Part shown: positions 45,003 to 59,806 of the stretch, piece after piece
How the letters are laid out: each line of letters opens with the position of its first letter
Numbering within the stretch: the first letter of the stretch is position 1
Position numbers and translations under genes: made by a program
Notes under the pieces: generated by a model
Databases searched by the model: none
The model's input: the letters and a program-made list of their open reading frames with translations, nothing else
Told to the model about the DNA's origin: nothing
DNA from: Eledone cirrhosa
Taxonomy: Eukaryota
Direction: 5' to 3'
Assembly (NCBI GenBank): GCA_964016885.1
Contig: OZ024741.1
Coordinates: forward strand, 301,568,001 to 301,632,000
DNA length: 64,000 bases

Positions 45003-45215
45003 AGTGGATTGGCAGTATCGGTAGAGCGTTGGACATGCTTAGCGGCATAGAGTTACGGCCCTTTACGTTCTGAATTCAAATCCCACCGAGGTTAGCTTTG
45101 CCTTTCATCCTTACGGGGTTGATAAAATAAGGTACCAGTAATGCACTGAGTCGATTTAATCGACTTTCCCCTCCCCTAAAAATATTGCTGGCTTTGTGTC
45201 TAAAATAGAAACAAT
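45003..45215 (+). mobile_element. tRNA-derived SINE
   Basis: Same family as 13071; further degenerate copies near 17090, 24713, 25610, 43865 and 45970. Confidence 0.85.
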
Positions 45216-47319
45216 TATTAATTAATACTCGCGATTTCGTATCAGGTTCAATGATATATGAAGCATACTAGCTGGGTTGTGTGTGATTGTTAGGCCTTCA
45301 CACATATAGGAGAAATGTATTTGTGTTCGTAGCCAGAAATAAACACTTGAAAATTATCAATAAATCAAAAGTTAATTACCTTTCGTTGTTAAAAAAATAT
45401 TTCTTCAGTTAGCAGACTCTCGTATGCAGTAGAAATAAATTTAAGAATATTTAAAAGTAGTTGAGATCATTTTAGTAACTCTTGTAAACATCGAAAATAT
45501 AATTTCGTGTAAAATATGAATAACAACCAAGAGTTGGCGAACTTCGAACGATCTTATTATCACCTGCTCAATAGTATGTTCATTCATAAGGCATTTATAA
45601 TTTTTTATAGTATGAAAAATACTGCTGCTATGTTTGCAATATTCACGAAAAAATATTTCAATTAGGTTTTATTCGTAAAATTTCTTAATATATAAAGTGT
45701 ATTTAATTCAGAATTTGTAGAATTTCTTTATACAATTTGATGCTTTCAGCCATTTTTCTTTTCACATATTTTCTGTTTAATATTTATTTTAATTTCCTCA
45801 TTCGCCTCGATTTTAAATATGAGCGTACATAGCTTTGTTAATAATGCATTGGACACGTGTTTACACCATGTCGCAATCATTATATCCTGTACAAGACCAA
45901 GTTGTTTATGTGTCAAATCCACCTATTTCAACTGAGGGAATGTAAATTGTTTAATTCCCCACTGTAGATTTTGCAGAGTCGTTCAAGTGCTGGGTATTTG
46001 TTCGGCGTCACTCTGTTGTAAGTTCAAATCCCGTCGATGTATATTTCATCTTCTCGGTTCGATAAAATACCAGTGTTAATGCAGTCCTTTCCTCCTAGCT
46101 GTTACACCCTGGATGTTCCATTGGATTAACGGAGGGAGGCTAGAGTGGGCGTCTGTATCTACTCGCAAATGCATGGGCTTCTAGAACCCTTACCGAAAGC
46201 ATGGTACGCAAACCATGGACTAGACTACATTGCGAGTGGCGGTTCTTGTAGTAGGCAACATCAAATCTGAAAACTCACGGGCACATCCAACCTGCTAACG
46301 TTAACACTCAAATTACGTTCAAATCACATTGTATCATTATGTAAAATGAAGTTTTAAAATGTGAGTAAGTAAGAGTGAGGTACTTGTGTCATCCAATTAA
46401 TGGTATGGAGACTAATATATAGCTGTCATTTTGGAAAAACTTATCATTCACAAATAATCATTCCCTGGGAAAATATACGTTTACAGAAATTGAGGCGCTA
46501 TGGCCTGGCCTAACCAGTGGGTACTCATTCATCTGTTTGGGTACCCTTAAGTGTTAAGCGCGTTGCTTGATGCTAACGTGTTTGTCTCAATATCCTAAAT
46601 TCCCTAGTTTGATTCCCGGACGGGCGACACGTTGTGCCATTGAGCAAGACACTTAAATTCACGTTCATTTAGTCCTTTCAGCTTTCTTTTTCCAATAACA
46701 AATCCCTTCCATCGAACAATACATGCAGTACTTGTCACGACAGTAACTGCAGCGTCAACGGCAGGAGGAGGAGGGGGAAGGAGACTAACAACAGACTTGC
46801 CAAACGGGGAGTACCATGAAAAAAAGTGCCCCAAAACGGGGAGAAATGAGGTAAATTAGGGAGATTTTACATAATGAAAGCTATACCCATTTTCCCTAGA
46901 GAAGATAGCTCTCACCCACCCCAGGTTTGTAACAAAGCTACAACAAATACCAGCAGCAGCGACAATAACTGTAACAACACACGAGGAGAAGAATATACTC
47001 CTTTTCATCTTCGCCACAACAATACACATGGAGAGAATGTCTTTCTCCAACTTATCACAGTGAAATATGAATTTTCACATCTTTGTCCTTTTCTGTTAAT
47101 ACGTTTTACACTAAAACCGCACTTTGAATCGTCCTGTGCCGTTATCTGTCGTCTTTAATGTCAGTCTTGGGTGTCTAATAAAAAAAACAATCTTTATTAT
47201 TTGCGTTTTCTCTCTTCCTCCAGTTTTGTTTCCATTCCCTTCAGAGTGTCTTATAATTATTATGAATTTGATATCGCAGTTATTGATGTTATTTAACCGG
47301 AGAATTCGCCCAAATGAAC

Positions 47320-47960
47320 ATCAAGCCGCTACCTGCAGCCTCAGATATTCAGAATATATCGGATGCTTATTCTTGTTCCTAGTAGGCATGCCTTTTGAAG
47401 AGTTCCAAAAAGGGGGCTGGGCAAATGTTCTTTAGCTAGCCTATGCCAATTATGACGACCTTGATCTCATGAGAGTCCCAATGCTTTTTAGTTCCCACTT
47501 TAGATCCTGGTGCCGGTAAATTTTGTCCTCTTTTTCTTGCACTCTTGTGTAAAAGAGGCAAGATACATCTATGATAAAGCAAGATCTTTTTTCCTTGTCA
47601 AAAACTACCAAGTCAGGTCTATTGTCTTCTAATTCTTTGTATGTCTGTATCCTTTATATAACCTTTATCCACATCAATCCTTTTGCCCATTTTCAAACTT
47701 TCTTTATCCAACAATGTATAAATGTTCTCATCCATAACAAAGCCCGTCTGCCCTAAACACTCATAAATCCCACCGTTAGAAACAATCATTTTTATTTTAT
47801 TTCCAGGCTTACCACAATCCAAAACAAACAAATCTTGATATCTAAGACACGCATGATATTGGGAGATCCCAGCAATAAATTGTGTATATTTTTCACAACG
47901 CTTCACCAGCGTCTAGCAACTCCAAATATTTCACAAATCATGATAAACATCCATCTCACT
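47320..47960 (-). mobile_element. R4/Dong-like LINE 3' remnant (REL endonuclease)
   Basis: RPDLVVFDKEKRSCFIIDVSC..TRVQEKEDKI..QDLKWELK and LQKACLLGTR. Confidence 0.8.
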
Positions 47961-48314
47961 ATACGCCTGGCCCATATGAGTTAAAATTATGAACTTGTTC
48001 CCTAGTTGTTCCAGAAATGTAAAAACAAAAACACCTTGAATTCAATTTGAGAGAAGTTTAAACGCGTTAACATAATGATGATTTCGTACTAAGATGCACA
48101 AATCCAATAACTATGTACTGAGTACCCTTGAACGATTTTTTTATTGCATTTGTTCCTGATATATTTTCACTGCTTTTTAAGTTGCATTAAGATCATTATT
48201 AACCTCATTAAAGTGAAATAGGTCACAGCTTATATGAAATATTACATAGATAACATTGTTCGCTACGAACCTGATAAGGATCAACTGGGCAGTTTATTGA
48301 TGAGTATTTTACAA

Positions 48315-48391
<77 letters not shown>

Positions 48392-48394
<3 letters not shown>

Positions 48395-48653
48395 CAAATG
48401 AATATATGATAGGGATAAACACTGATACAAGTATACATGTGTTCGCATTGCAAATGACCAAGTTAGCTAGATTGAAAAATACTAATTAAAATATTACGGT
48501 TTGCCTGTCTCGATTTAAAATAATAAATCAATATAAACAAACCTATATTGGCAATATCAGTGTTTATCGCTATCATATATTCATTTGCATTACACGGCTC
48601 GGAAATATTCCTTTCTTTGAGCTATTTAATTGTAAAAGACTATTTTGAGTTTA

Positions 48654-48660
<7 letters not shown>
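48392..48660. mobile_element. pLTR-like fragment with inversion (33-bp arms)
   Basis: Arms 48395-48427 and 48555-48587; homologous to 30785-31030; set in (TA)n. Confidence 0.6.
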
Positions 48661-48689
<29 letters not shown>

Positions 48690-49124
48690 TTGGCCCATTA
48701 GAGCTACCAGTGTCAATGTCTATTGCTAATTTTGGATATACCAACAGCCACAAAACATCAGTCCCATGAACCTGAGCGAGATAAGAGAATGAAATAGTTG
48801 CATCTCTAATATTAACTTTGAAATATGACCAGATAATCATTGAGAAGTATTCGTCGTCACATGAAAATCATATTGTATAGAAATAAGTATTCGTGAAACA
48901 TTTCCATAAGATACTTACAATATATTCACTCTTACTTTAGCTTAATTAACTTAAAACCTAAAATGTGTCAAACTGAAAGCAATGTAATATATTTTATAGG
49001 TAATAGGTGTTTCAAGAGGAAATGTCTTTGTCTCTACAAAAACATAACTACAACTATACTGCCTTTTACGTGAATGGTATGCAACTGTTATACACACACA
49101 CATACACACATATAAACATATATG

Positions 49125-49258
<134 letters not shown>

Positions 49259-49535
49259 CATATGTATATATTATATTATATTATACTATTTATTTATGTT
49301 CATACACGGCACACACACATATATATATAATATACGTGAGCAATTTTGTTGATGTATGTGTGTGTGTATCATCATGAGTAGTTTTTTTACTATACTTTTT
49401 TTGGTGTTTGCGTCTCTACGTTTGACCTAGATTTTAATATATATTAAATCAGAGCACGATTTCCAGAAATCGATATAGTGATCCATTTTATTTCCCGGTG
49501 GCAAGACAGAACATTACTCCTAATTGTAAGATTCT

Positions 49536-49598
<63 letters not shown>

Positions 49599-50100
49599 TT
49601 CTATTCACATATAAACACAATGACATGCGTAAACACACATGTTCTATGTGCAACATAAATATACACAAATTCGCATACCTTTTGATGTTTATATATATAC
49701 ACGTGCCGACACGCACACATACACATACGCACACATGTAATGCACATTGATGGGTGCATACATATTTGTACACAAGTATCCCATACGGTAGGGCCTAATG
49801 GATTCCCCTTGCAGTACGTACAATCTGGACTCACACACGCCTTGTTCCATTTTTACCAGTACCACAAAAATACTCGTCCATGCACACACACACACACACA
49901 CGCGCACACGCGAACACTAACATACAGACAGACAGACACACACACACACACACACACACACACTTCTCCCTATAAGACAAGAGCTGAAAAATATGTTTGA
50001 ACATGTTAAAATAACCCCGCTACACACACACAAACACACACGTACACACACTTTCCTACTGACCGATTCATTTCCATTATCACAACAATGAACCACTTTG

Positions 50101-50162
<62 letters not shown>

Positions 50163-50249
50163 ATATTTGTCTTAATAGACACCTGAACTGTTGACCTCTC
50201 AACATGACTGCAACTCAATCAAGCGGAAAAATCAATTTAAAATCAATTT

Positions 50250-50583
50250 AAACATTCACGTGACTTCTACCGACCAATGAAAAATTGTTTTGACTACAAG
50301 AATTTTTGCAACACGAATTGGCGCGAAATTTATAGTGTTTATTCACGTAACATTCAACAACCAACCAAATCTTAATACCTCCCAAGCCACCTTTTTCACA
50401 TAAAATAAGAAGTATTTCCAAAACTGATCAGATTAGAGCAAAAATCACTAGCACTCTATCTCAAAATTATTTTTGAAAAGCATAAGAGATGCGGAACCGG
50501 TAAGAATTTAAAACTAAAACTGAATACTAACTAATATTTGTTACTAATGTATACTTATTCCTAATTAAACTATTTTTCACCAG
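50250..50583 (+). promoter_or_regulatory. Candidate Pol II promoter with short first intron
   Basis: CACGTG 50257, CCAAT 50274, ATTGGCGCGAAA (E2F-like plus reverse CCAAT) 50317-50328, TTTGAA ~50472, intron GTAAGA 50500 to CAG 50583 containing TACTAAC. Confidence 0.35.
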
Positions 50584-50874
50584 GAAAAATTTGTCAGCAT
50601 TTTCTTTTCCTTTTTACTAATATATATATATATATATAGCAGTGAAAAATCAGAAAGTAATATCCGAAGTCGAAAGAACACTTTGTCCAAAGGAATTTTG
50701 GTATAGGGGTTAATTCCAGAACAAATGCCAAACGATACTTGAGAACACTTGATTCACCTAAAGGATTTTCAACATGAGTTGAAAATCCTTTTTAAATGAA
50801 ACATGTTATCAAGTCTGGTTTGACAACTGTTGTTGAATTAACTCTCTCTCTATGTTTGTGTGTGTGAGGGGGGT

Positions 50875-50983
<109 letters not shown>

Positions 50984-51305
50984 TATAATAGAGTGTTCCA
51001 TTTTTGCTATTTACAAACGTTAACTGTCCGCGGGGCGTAGCTGAAATATATCATTTCTCCTTTTATTGATTATTTAATTTTTCTTCTTCCTCGTCCTATA
51101 TTCCTCTTTTGTATTTTTTTTTATATTTTCATTATTCTATACTTATATTCGCTAATAAAATAAATAAGAAATTTTTTTTTAATTGTTGATAAACCTGTGA
51201 TAAGCCTGGTCAAGTAACTTCCGTGGATCAATGAGATTGATGTTGGGCTGCTAAATCCATGATGCAATTCTTTTATTCTTTTATATCTCTAAAATACTAC
51301 TTTGA

Positions 51306-51687
51306 AGAATTAGAATTTAGTTTCGGCATGGTCTATACAAATATGTATGTGAATTTCGTATATCTAAAGATATACGGTATAAATAAACATTTTGAAAGCC
51401 TCGGCTATGAATAGAAGACCGAGCAGTGTCCAGCAAAAGCTGGTGAGATAATTTTCTATGCATTTCGAAATTAAATGGTTCTCATCAAGACAAAGCTTCC
51501 CTCGTCCTACTGCCGGATTTTGAGACAGGCGAAAATATGTTGTTTTTTTCGCCTGTGTAAATGTGTTGATTAGCCTCGTTTGCATACGAAGCTGTATAAG
51601 TTGGCTCAACTTAAAATAGAATTAGAATTTAGCTTCGACATAGCTGTATACAAATTCGTATGTGAATTTCGTATATCTAAATATATA
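51306..51687 (-). mobile_element. pLTR-like module with ~65-bp terminal direct repeat and HHR-like motif
   Basis: 51306-51374 repeated at 51618-51687; minus 51494-51451 reads gtc TTGATGA gaa-ccatttaat-ttc GAAA tgca TA ga. Confidence 0.5.
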
Positions 51688-54600
51688 AAGTTTTAATTCG
51701 CCAAAATGAAGGGTCAAAAACACTTGTGTAAATATTCGTTGTTTATTTTGTTAATCTTCGTAAGCATCAACTCGGTTGGTTTATATATACGTGGACATTC
51801 TTTTTGAATATACGTCTTTCTTATGTGTTTATTTATCCAGATTCAATCTACAAGGTTGGGCGAATTTACGAGGAAACAATGTGACATCGCTAAAATTTGT
51901 AATCCCCTTCCCCCAAGAAAATGTGTCATATGTTAAAGTTTGTTTTTAAAATGCTTATTTGTACTCTTCTGCTTATGCATTGTATTTCAGAGTGCGTGCT
52001 AGCAATAAGTAGAAGTCTGAATTTATGAAATGTGTAAAGGACCGAAAGTTCGAAGCAGCTGCTTGCAAATATCCCCTTTCTCATGAATTTTGGAAAAAAC
52101 ATTCACAATTACAGTACAGTTAACGACTATGACTGCGCATATTTTTTCTCTTTCAAAACATTATATCAGTCTTCTCATTCTAGCACTCGGCAGAAACCTT
52201 GATGTGATAGTTCCACCAATATTTTTTTAATATATATGAGAGCCTGACAGCTATCCAAATAACGAACACCCAATGGTGGAAACTAGAAAAGTATTACAGC
52301 ACATACATTTTCAATGTGGAAATAGTTGAAGGTAAATCACTGTTGTAAGTCTCTGAGGCATAAAAAAGTGGAAACTCGATTGTGGACCCCAAACTCACAT
52401 CTGCTTGTATGTGCTGTGGTATTGTACATAACAAAACATACTTTTCATAAATAAAATATATTTGAAAGTGAAGTTCTTAATAATGGTTTTACTTTTTTTT
52501 TATAACTACATACAATCTATTTTATGTTCATTTAATGCAAGACGTGTCATCAATTGACCCACCATCAATAGAAATACATAAAGATGCATGATAAAGTTGT
52601 TTGAATTTCACTACAGTGTATAATATCGTGTAAACATATGTTTGACCTTGTGTACTTACCAAAGTATTGCATAAAGTTTATGAGTAAAATATTTTCATAT
52701 ATTGCAGACACGAGCAAAATATTTCCATCCTAAAATCTTCAAGAGATATCGAAAATTCAATGAAATCATTTAGATCGCTTCGTAGTAGTGAAGAAATGCG
52801 TGTTACCTTTAAGCGAAAAAAATATAGTTTTTGTTGTATGAATATAAATCATTGTGTTCTATTCACGCACATAATCAAAAGACTTCGGACATTTTTAATT
52901 CTGTTTATACATTAATAAAAGGAAAGGTAAAGAAAGGAGCCGATTTTCGAATGGAACCAAGGAAACAATGAAATACATCTCTATTTAAGTCGATATGATA
53001 TTAAATATATTTATTACAAACTATAATATACACCAACATATAAATAGATACTCTATATTATTTTAGAATATGAAGAATATGTTCTGAATATCTATTCCAT
53101 TTAAGAATTTCTTCCAATAATATTATGTTAATCCATTTTATGAATTAATGTTTTTAGTGTTATGAATTGTTTGCCTATTTGAACATTATTTTTCATTTGG
53201 TGAAACAATTTGAGTACAATTATCCCCAGCGCAAATATTTCTCCTATTGAATTATCTATTCGTAAGTTTAGATCAGACTATGATATACAACCTGATATTA
53301 TTTCAATAACATCAAACACGACACCAGCTATTATTTCAACAAACATAAACCTCGATTCGTAATATTATTTCAACAGATACCTTTGCACAATCAGTAATAA
53401 AACTCATCAAAAATATAAACAAAATTAAATTAAAGAATTATCATTACACAAATGATAAAATAAACATGAATATACAACCATTGAATATCGAATAACAGAT
53501 TGATTGATGGAAAACCCCTAAGAGGAAATCCTCTGTATATCATCAAAGTAATGCAATGTATAGAGAAATATTTATTTCCACAATTGATGAAACCACCTTG
53601 TTCGTGCGCGTGTGTGTGTGTGTGTATGTGTGTTTGTGCAGGTATGTGCATATGTGCATATGTGCATGTTTATTATGCATTCAAGTCACATACAACTGAG
53701 AATATTAACATTAATGCTAGTTAAAAATAAGAGTCATTGATTTAGTTGAATCACTCGACTCTGAAGGAGCGGAATAAGAATATAAATCTGTGTTAATTAA
53801 TGAAATATTTAAGGGAGTGACCTTAAGTTTAAAACGTATATCAAGAAAGCGCTTTTAAATCAATCTCAAGACATGTGTCATATTTTATCACCTTAAGAAA
53901 TAATTTCATTCATTTCTTCATTGAAGACATTACAGTTAATACCCTATTGATGTAAATGTTGGAATATGCAGGATTAAACAAACAATTGATTGTAGAGCAT
54001 TGCAAGATGTACATAAGTTATTGATTTCTTACTAGTATATGTCTTAAAGGTATATGTTGTTGGAGTCAGAACTATATCGTTCAGACATGTGTTTATAATG
54101 ATATGTGTATATATTGATAAAATTAAACATAAAAATAACAAACCAGTTATATTAATTACTCATAAAGATGATAGAAATCAACAGTTAAATGTGAACATAT
54201 TCAATGCAATACAGCAAATACAAGAGACAACTCGTTTTTTTCTCAATTTGAACGGACTAGAAAAACGTGAAATAAAGTGCCTTACTCAATGACACAACGC
54301 TCCACCGGGAATCCACCATATGACTTTACAGTCGTTAGCCGAACACACTAGTTATTCACGCCTTCATGTTTTACTGGCCACAGCATTAGAGAACACATAT
54401 TCAATGTCAAATATACTGAATGGGTTCAACTGCAATACAATCTCTAATTTCGTTCGTAACTCGTTTTTTGTAAACAAGAATTTTCTAATTGTAAATTATT
54501 TATAATTTAATCAACACAGTTCTCATAAATGTTAAATAAATTGCACTGCTTTCACCTGTATGGATTGCATATAATTCTCCTTCATAATGATTGTCACAAC

Positions 54601-55929
54601 TATAAATGTCATTTGAAAAGTATATGCTAACACTACGTACAAATTCTTTTTCACAGGTAACGAACTTATAGTTGAGAAGGAAATTATTTTCAAAGGTTCC
54701 TCATCACATTTGATTAATTTAGATATTTCTGTGTGAGATTATCTTTATAAGAACTGATTTTTTAAACTAGTTAAACGTTTTTTTAAACAGATATTCAATG
54801 TTAGAATGTAATGTGTGTGTAGCATAACTACATGCCAAATGGGACCTGCGATAAATAGGAGACTCATGTGAGAAACAATTTTTCGTTCTTTAATTTTATT
54901 GCTGCGTAAATTATTTTTTAAAAAAACATAGATATTTAAAAGCAATTCTATTGCAATAGTAAAACAGTTTTATCCTACTCCCGACCAACAATTTATGCCA
55001 ATATTATTTCCTAAATCTCCTTGGAACGTTTTTTCACATAAGACGATTTAAGTCTAAAGTATGTGATAGCGTTTTATTTTAATATTCATTATAATCTCAC
55101 TCGCTCCCTCTCTCACTCTCTCCCTCTCGCTTTATGTCTGTCTCTTTCCAATACACACAAACATATATGGATTCATTCCATAATCATTATAGACTATTTT
55201 GACGAAAATCAAGTACAACTATCTATTGCAGTTGTCTTCAATTTGGTTTATCAATAAGTCTAGGGCAATAACATTTATATAAATGCCCTGCATTCTGTCC
55301 TAGATGTTTAAAAAAAAGTAATTGATAACATTTGTCTACAATGAAATTGCTTCGAAGACCAAACCAGTTTATCCTTACTATCTGACGCTGAAGTCGAAAA
55401 GGGTTTTTGAAGGTTAAGTCTTGTTTTCGAGGTTTAGCTTAAAGACGGTTTTCCATTATTGGTGAAAATAAGAAAAGACGTCAAGATATTGTGGTTGATA
55501 GTCACTGTCACTAAGTGTAGGACGAAAACACTGAAGTAATATGTTAAAATACTTTCTTACTAATAACAATGAGGGTTGATATTTGTTTTTCACTAAACAT
55601 GTTGTGATCAAAGGCAACTACATAAATGTGAACAGTAACCAAAACTCCTCTTTGTCAAATAAAGTCACAATGTATGGTAGAAATCAGTTGTATGATGAAA
55701 TCATTGTCTACGTTGCGTCTTCTAGGAGTTACCAACTATTTTAAAGTAGTATAATGTAATAATATTGCATCATCTTAATCATTTATTTTTCATGGATCAA
55801 ATCTTACAATGTTCCAGTACTATTAATAATTTATCGGGACAAGTTTTACTATTAACACTGTTCTGAGATTCGTGAAAATTGAATACTTTCAATTTCACAT
55901 CAATTCTTGGAAAGACATAGTTTTCTGAA

Positions 55930-57537
55930 TTCCGTACGGACAAAGAAAAATTAAGCTAGTTACCATTGTCAGCAAATACCGTAAAAAGAAGGATAATTGA
56001 TATTTCTTCTGATATAGAAAATCAGATACTAACTGCACTAAAGAAAAGCACATGTTTTGGTCTGCAAGTGGACGAAACTACGGTTATTAATAACACGGCT
56101 CAATTAATTTGCTATGTACGATTTGTAGACCTTGATAAAAAAGAATTAGTAGAAGAGCATTTGTTTTGTCTGGTATTAGACATCACAACTAAAGGTCAAG
56201 ATATATTCAATAAAATTGAAGAGTATTTTTTAAAAAATGGTGTATCTTGGAGCACAATAACAACAGATGGAGCAGCTGCAATGACTGGTAAACATTCTGA
56301 TTGCAAAAATTCTGATTGCAAAAATTAAAGAACAGACCCCAAATTGTATTTCAAATCATTGTATGATTCATCGAGAGGTTTTGTGTTAAAAAAATTCAAA
56401 GACAGAGATGCTCAAATATTAAATGACCAGATGAAAGACGTTGTCAAAATTATCAATTTGATCCATGCAAGAGCAAAAAATTCTAGAATGTTTGAATCTA
56501 TTTGTGAATCTTCTGGAAGTAATTATAATAGATTGTTATTGAACAATGATGTGCGTTGGCTGTCTTTTGGGGATGCTTTGAAGAGAGTTTTTGAACTGAG
56601 AAAAGAAATAATAGTTATTCTAAAAAAACACAATGATGAAAGAGCAAGTGTATTAGAAACCAATGAATGGAATGTGCAACTCGCTTATTTAGTAGACATT
56701 TTTGGTGAACTGAACAAACTAAATAAGTGTCTTCAGGGTAACAATGCAGATATTTTTACTTCAATCAATGTTATTACATATTTTCAATCAAAATTAAACA
56801 TCTTTATAAAAAGAATTGAATCGGACAATTACTCATTACTTTCAAACCTTGAAATAGAGCTTAAAAAGAGAGAAGATTTTGACTCCAGCATTCTAAAGAA
56901 GATTATTCTTTCTCATTTAAATGTGCTTTCCACAAGTTTTTCAGATTATTTTGACTTGATGGAAAAAGATATTGTTAGCGGAAATTTATGGATAAAAAAC
57001 CCGTTCACCGAGATCGAGCAGTTAGTGTCAGAAAATGACGCTGGAAATTGTAAAAGTTTACTACCTGCACAATGCTTACATCAGTTGATGGATTTGAATT
57101 CAAACGAAGACCTGAAAGTGATATTCGAAAGCAGAAAGAAAGAACTATGGATCGACTTATTCTTGATTGGGTAGTTTAATGAAATCAGCCAACTTGCATT
57201 GAAATATTTGACTTTATTCCCATCTAGCTACTTGTGCGAAGGGTTTTCGCAGTTGGTAGAAATCTGCACAAAGAAGATGAATAAACTGTCAGCAATTGAC
57301 GAGTGTATGAGACTGGCATTAACTAGTGTTGAACCTCGATTTTCTAAACTCACTGATGAGGCGCAGCAGCAGAAAAGCCACTAGTTAATTGTGTTCGATT
57401 ACATACACACGCATGAAACACTAAAATAAATAAATACTTTATTTTTTTTTTTTTTAAAGTTTTGTATTGTATAGGCTCCGTGAAGAATTCAAAATATTTA
57501 TAGGGTTTCTCGGTTTTAGAAAGGTTGGCGACCACTG
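55930..57537 (+). mobile_element. hAT (Buster/Charlie-type) DNA transposon, 5'-truncated, frameshifted transposase
   Basis: LPLSANTVKRRI, FGLQVDETT, TTDGAAAMTG, HCMIHRE, VRWLS..LKRVFELR, PSSYLCEGFS; 3' TIR aaggttggcgaccactg ends at 57537, followed by an nnnTAnnn site ctttaagg. Confidence 0.9.
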
Positions 57538-57547
57538 CTTTAAGGTA

Positions 57548-58790
57548 TCCAACAAAATGAATTAAATGATATCATCAGAGATTTAGAGCTGCCCCAAAAT
57601 AAAGTAGACTTGTTGGACTCGGGTTTTAGCAATGAAATTTCCTTGTTGATAATGCCAAAGTGTGATTATTTAGAAATCGTGATAACGATTTTCAGCCACT
57701 TTTTATAAAGAAGGATAATCTTGTATGATGTACTAATTTCGACAGCCTTATAACAACATTATACATTGACAACCATCCCAAATAGTGAAAAGTAATCATT
57801 AACTCATCCTGAGTTAGACTAAAACGTGTTTTACTGTACATAAGCAACGAACTACCATCAATTCCTGTTGGGAATGCAGTCGATATGAAGGAAACATACG
57901 AGTAGCTGAGGGAAGATTTGATCTGTATAAATTACAAATGCTAAAGGTGGGTATGTTGTGACTTAAACGTAGTTGCTGTTAATGGGGCTACAATCAGACT
58001 ACACAAAATACTGTTTTCTTTTGTGTGAATAGGACAGTCGCGCAAAAGATTGTCATTATGCAAGGATAGGTTGACCACGATGTGTGTCACTAGAACATGG
58101 AATAAAAATGTTCTAAATCTGCCTCTTGTGAGAAAATTTTACTGCCACCCTTGCATATCAAACTAGGATTGATGAAAACTTCATAAAAAAGCTCTAGATA
58201 AGATAGGGATGGCTTTTTAGTATCTCGGAAGAAAGTTTCTAAACCTAATTGAAGCAGAAATTAAAGAGAACGTCTTAGTCGATCCCCAAATTCGTGATAT
58301 CTTAAATAACGATGAATTTGAACGAATTATTTCGGGAAACGAAAAGATACCTTGGAACAATTTTCGATTGGTGTCACAAAACTTTCTATGAAATCACAGA
58401 GCAGGAAACTGCCAAGAATTTGTGCAAGATCTACTGCTTTACTACAAGCACTTCGCTGAAATATGTCCTTGAAAATCCATTTCCTTCATTCACACTTGGA
58501 TTGTTTCCCACCAAATTGTGGCGTGGTGAGCGTTTTCACCAAGATATTGCAGTCATATAAAAGCGATAACAGCGTAATAAACCCAAATATGTTAGCAGAT
58601 GACTGTTGGCCAGTTAAAAGAGATGCACCAGAATACAAGATGCAGCCTAAGAAACACTGTGTAATCAACATGGAGTGAGTGCCATTTTTTGTGTCATTAT
58701 CACTTATTTGTAAATCATAAAATCTCAAATATCTAAAACAATTCAGATCTAAACCCTCAGTTATTTTGTCATTTTCTACGTCAACTACAT
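57548..58790 (+). mobile_element. Chapaev3-like (CMC) transposase remnant
   Basis: QNELNDIIRDLEL, LPPLHIKLGLMK, NMSLKIHFLHSHLDCFP, ERFHQDI, NMLADDCW; many stops. Confidence 0.8.
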
Positions 58791-58969
58791 ACACCTTGTA
58801 TAAATAGACATATAAATAGACATAAATAGACAATATTTATTAAAAATAACTAATACCCTATTTTGCTCATATGTTGAAGATTTTGATTATCATGTGAGAC
58901 ATTCCCTTCTTCAAAATGAAGGGGACATGATATACCCAGAATTTGCCTAGAATTTCCACCTGCAGACAC

Positions 58970-59290
58970 ATCATGGTCGAATGATTAAGAAGTTCGCTTC
59001 GCTATAAATAGATATCTGGTTCGATCTCGCCGCATGGCATCTTGCGCTGGTATAATTTGCCTTAGTATCGGATCGACCCATTCCTTTTGGCAAAAACAGC
59101 TTCGTCTGGACTATACCTGCAATGCAAAAGGCAAGAATTTTCACACACAATCTCATGCTGAATCTCACTGGGAATTACGTTAAGGGTACATATATCTATA
59201 AAATGCTACAGCTGCTTAAACGTTAATTTCATGCGCAGGCTCTTCCTTTGATCAAACAAATGAAACACTCATCGTCGAAACCGGTGGAGA
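58970..59290 (+). mobile_element. Octopus-type tRNA-derived SINE, degenerate
   Basis: tRNA-like head (ggttcgatc) and tail gctgaatctc..gaattacgttaagggtaca..acgttaatttca resembling octopod SINEs as remembered. Confidence 0.6.
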
Positions 59291-59806
59291 TCTATTCCAA
59301 ACTTCCGCTACCTGATTATTTTGCTACTGGAAAATTTTCACCAATGGGTTTTGGTTCATTATATTATACTAGATAGGCCAGTCATTGGATGGGCTCCGCC
59401 AGGCTTAAAATGACGAAGAGACGCCGTACGATTATGTCAATACGATGCTCCTACATCTCCCTCGAGAGTTACGAGACCATATTACTATACATACTATTGT
59501 ACTAGTCATCCTTTACATAGTTGTCCGACTTAATACAAATATTGACCATATGTATCTCAATTTACAAAGTATTTCTTTAATATACGTGATGTTTACTTAC
59601 TGAGTAATAATATTAATATAATCATAAATGAAAAATGAAAAACTGTTCAATAAACCTCTAAACCTACTAACAGCCAAATTAAAACGATATTACGTACATT
59701 CATGAAAGTGTAAAAATATGGATGTATGTACGTACACACACACACACACACACACTCGCACGCGCATATATATATATACATATATATATGTGTGTGTGTG
59801 CGTGTG

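Noticed and set aside
57350-57385. CTGATGA...GAAA at the end of the hAT ORF
   Set aside because: No pairing stems; a coincidence within coding sequence.
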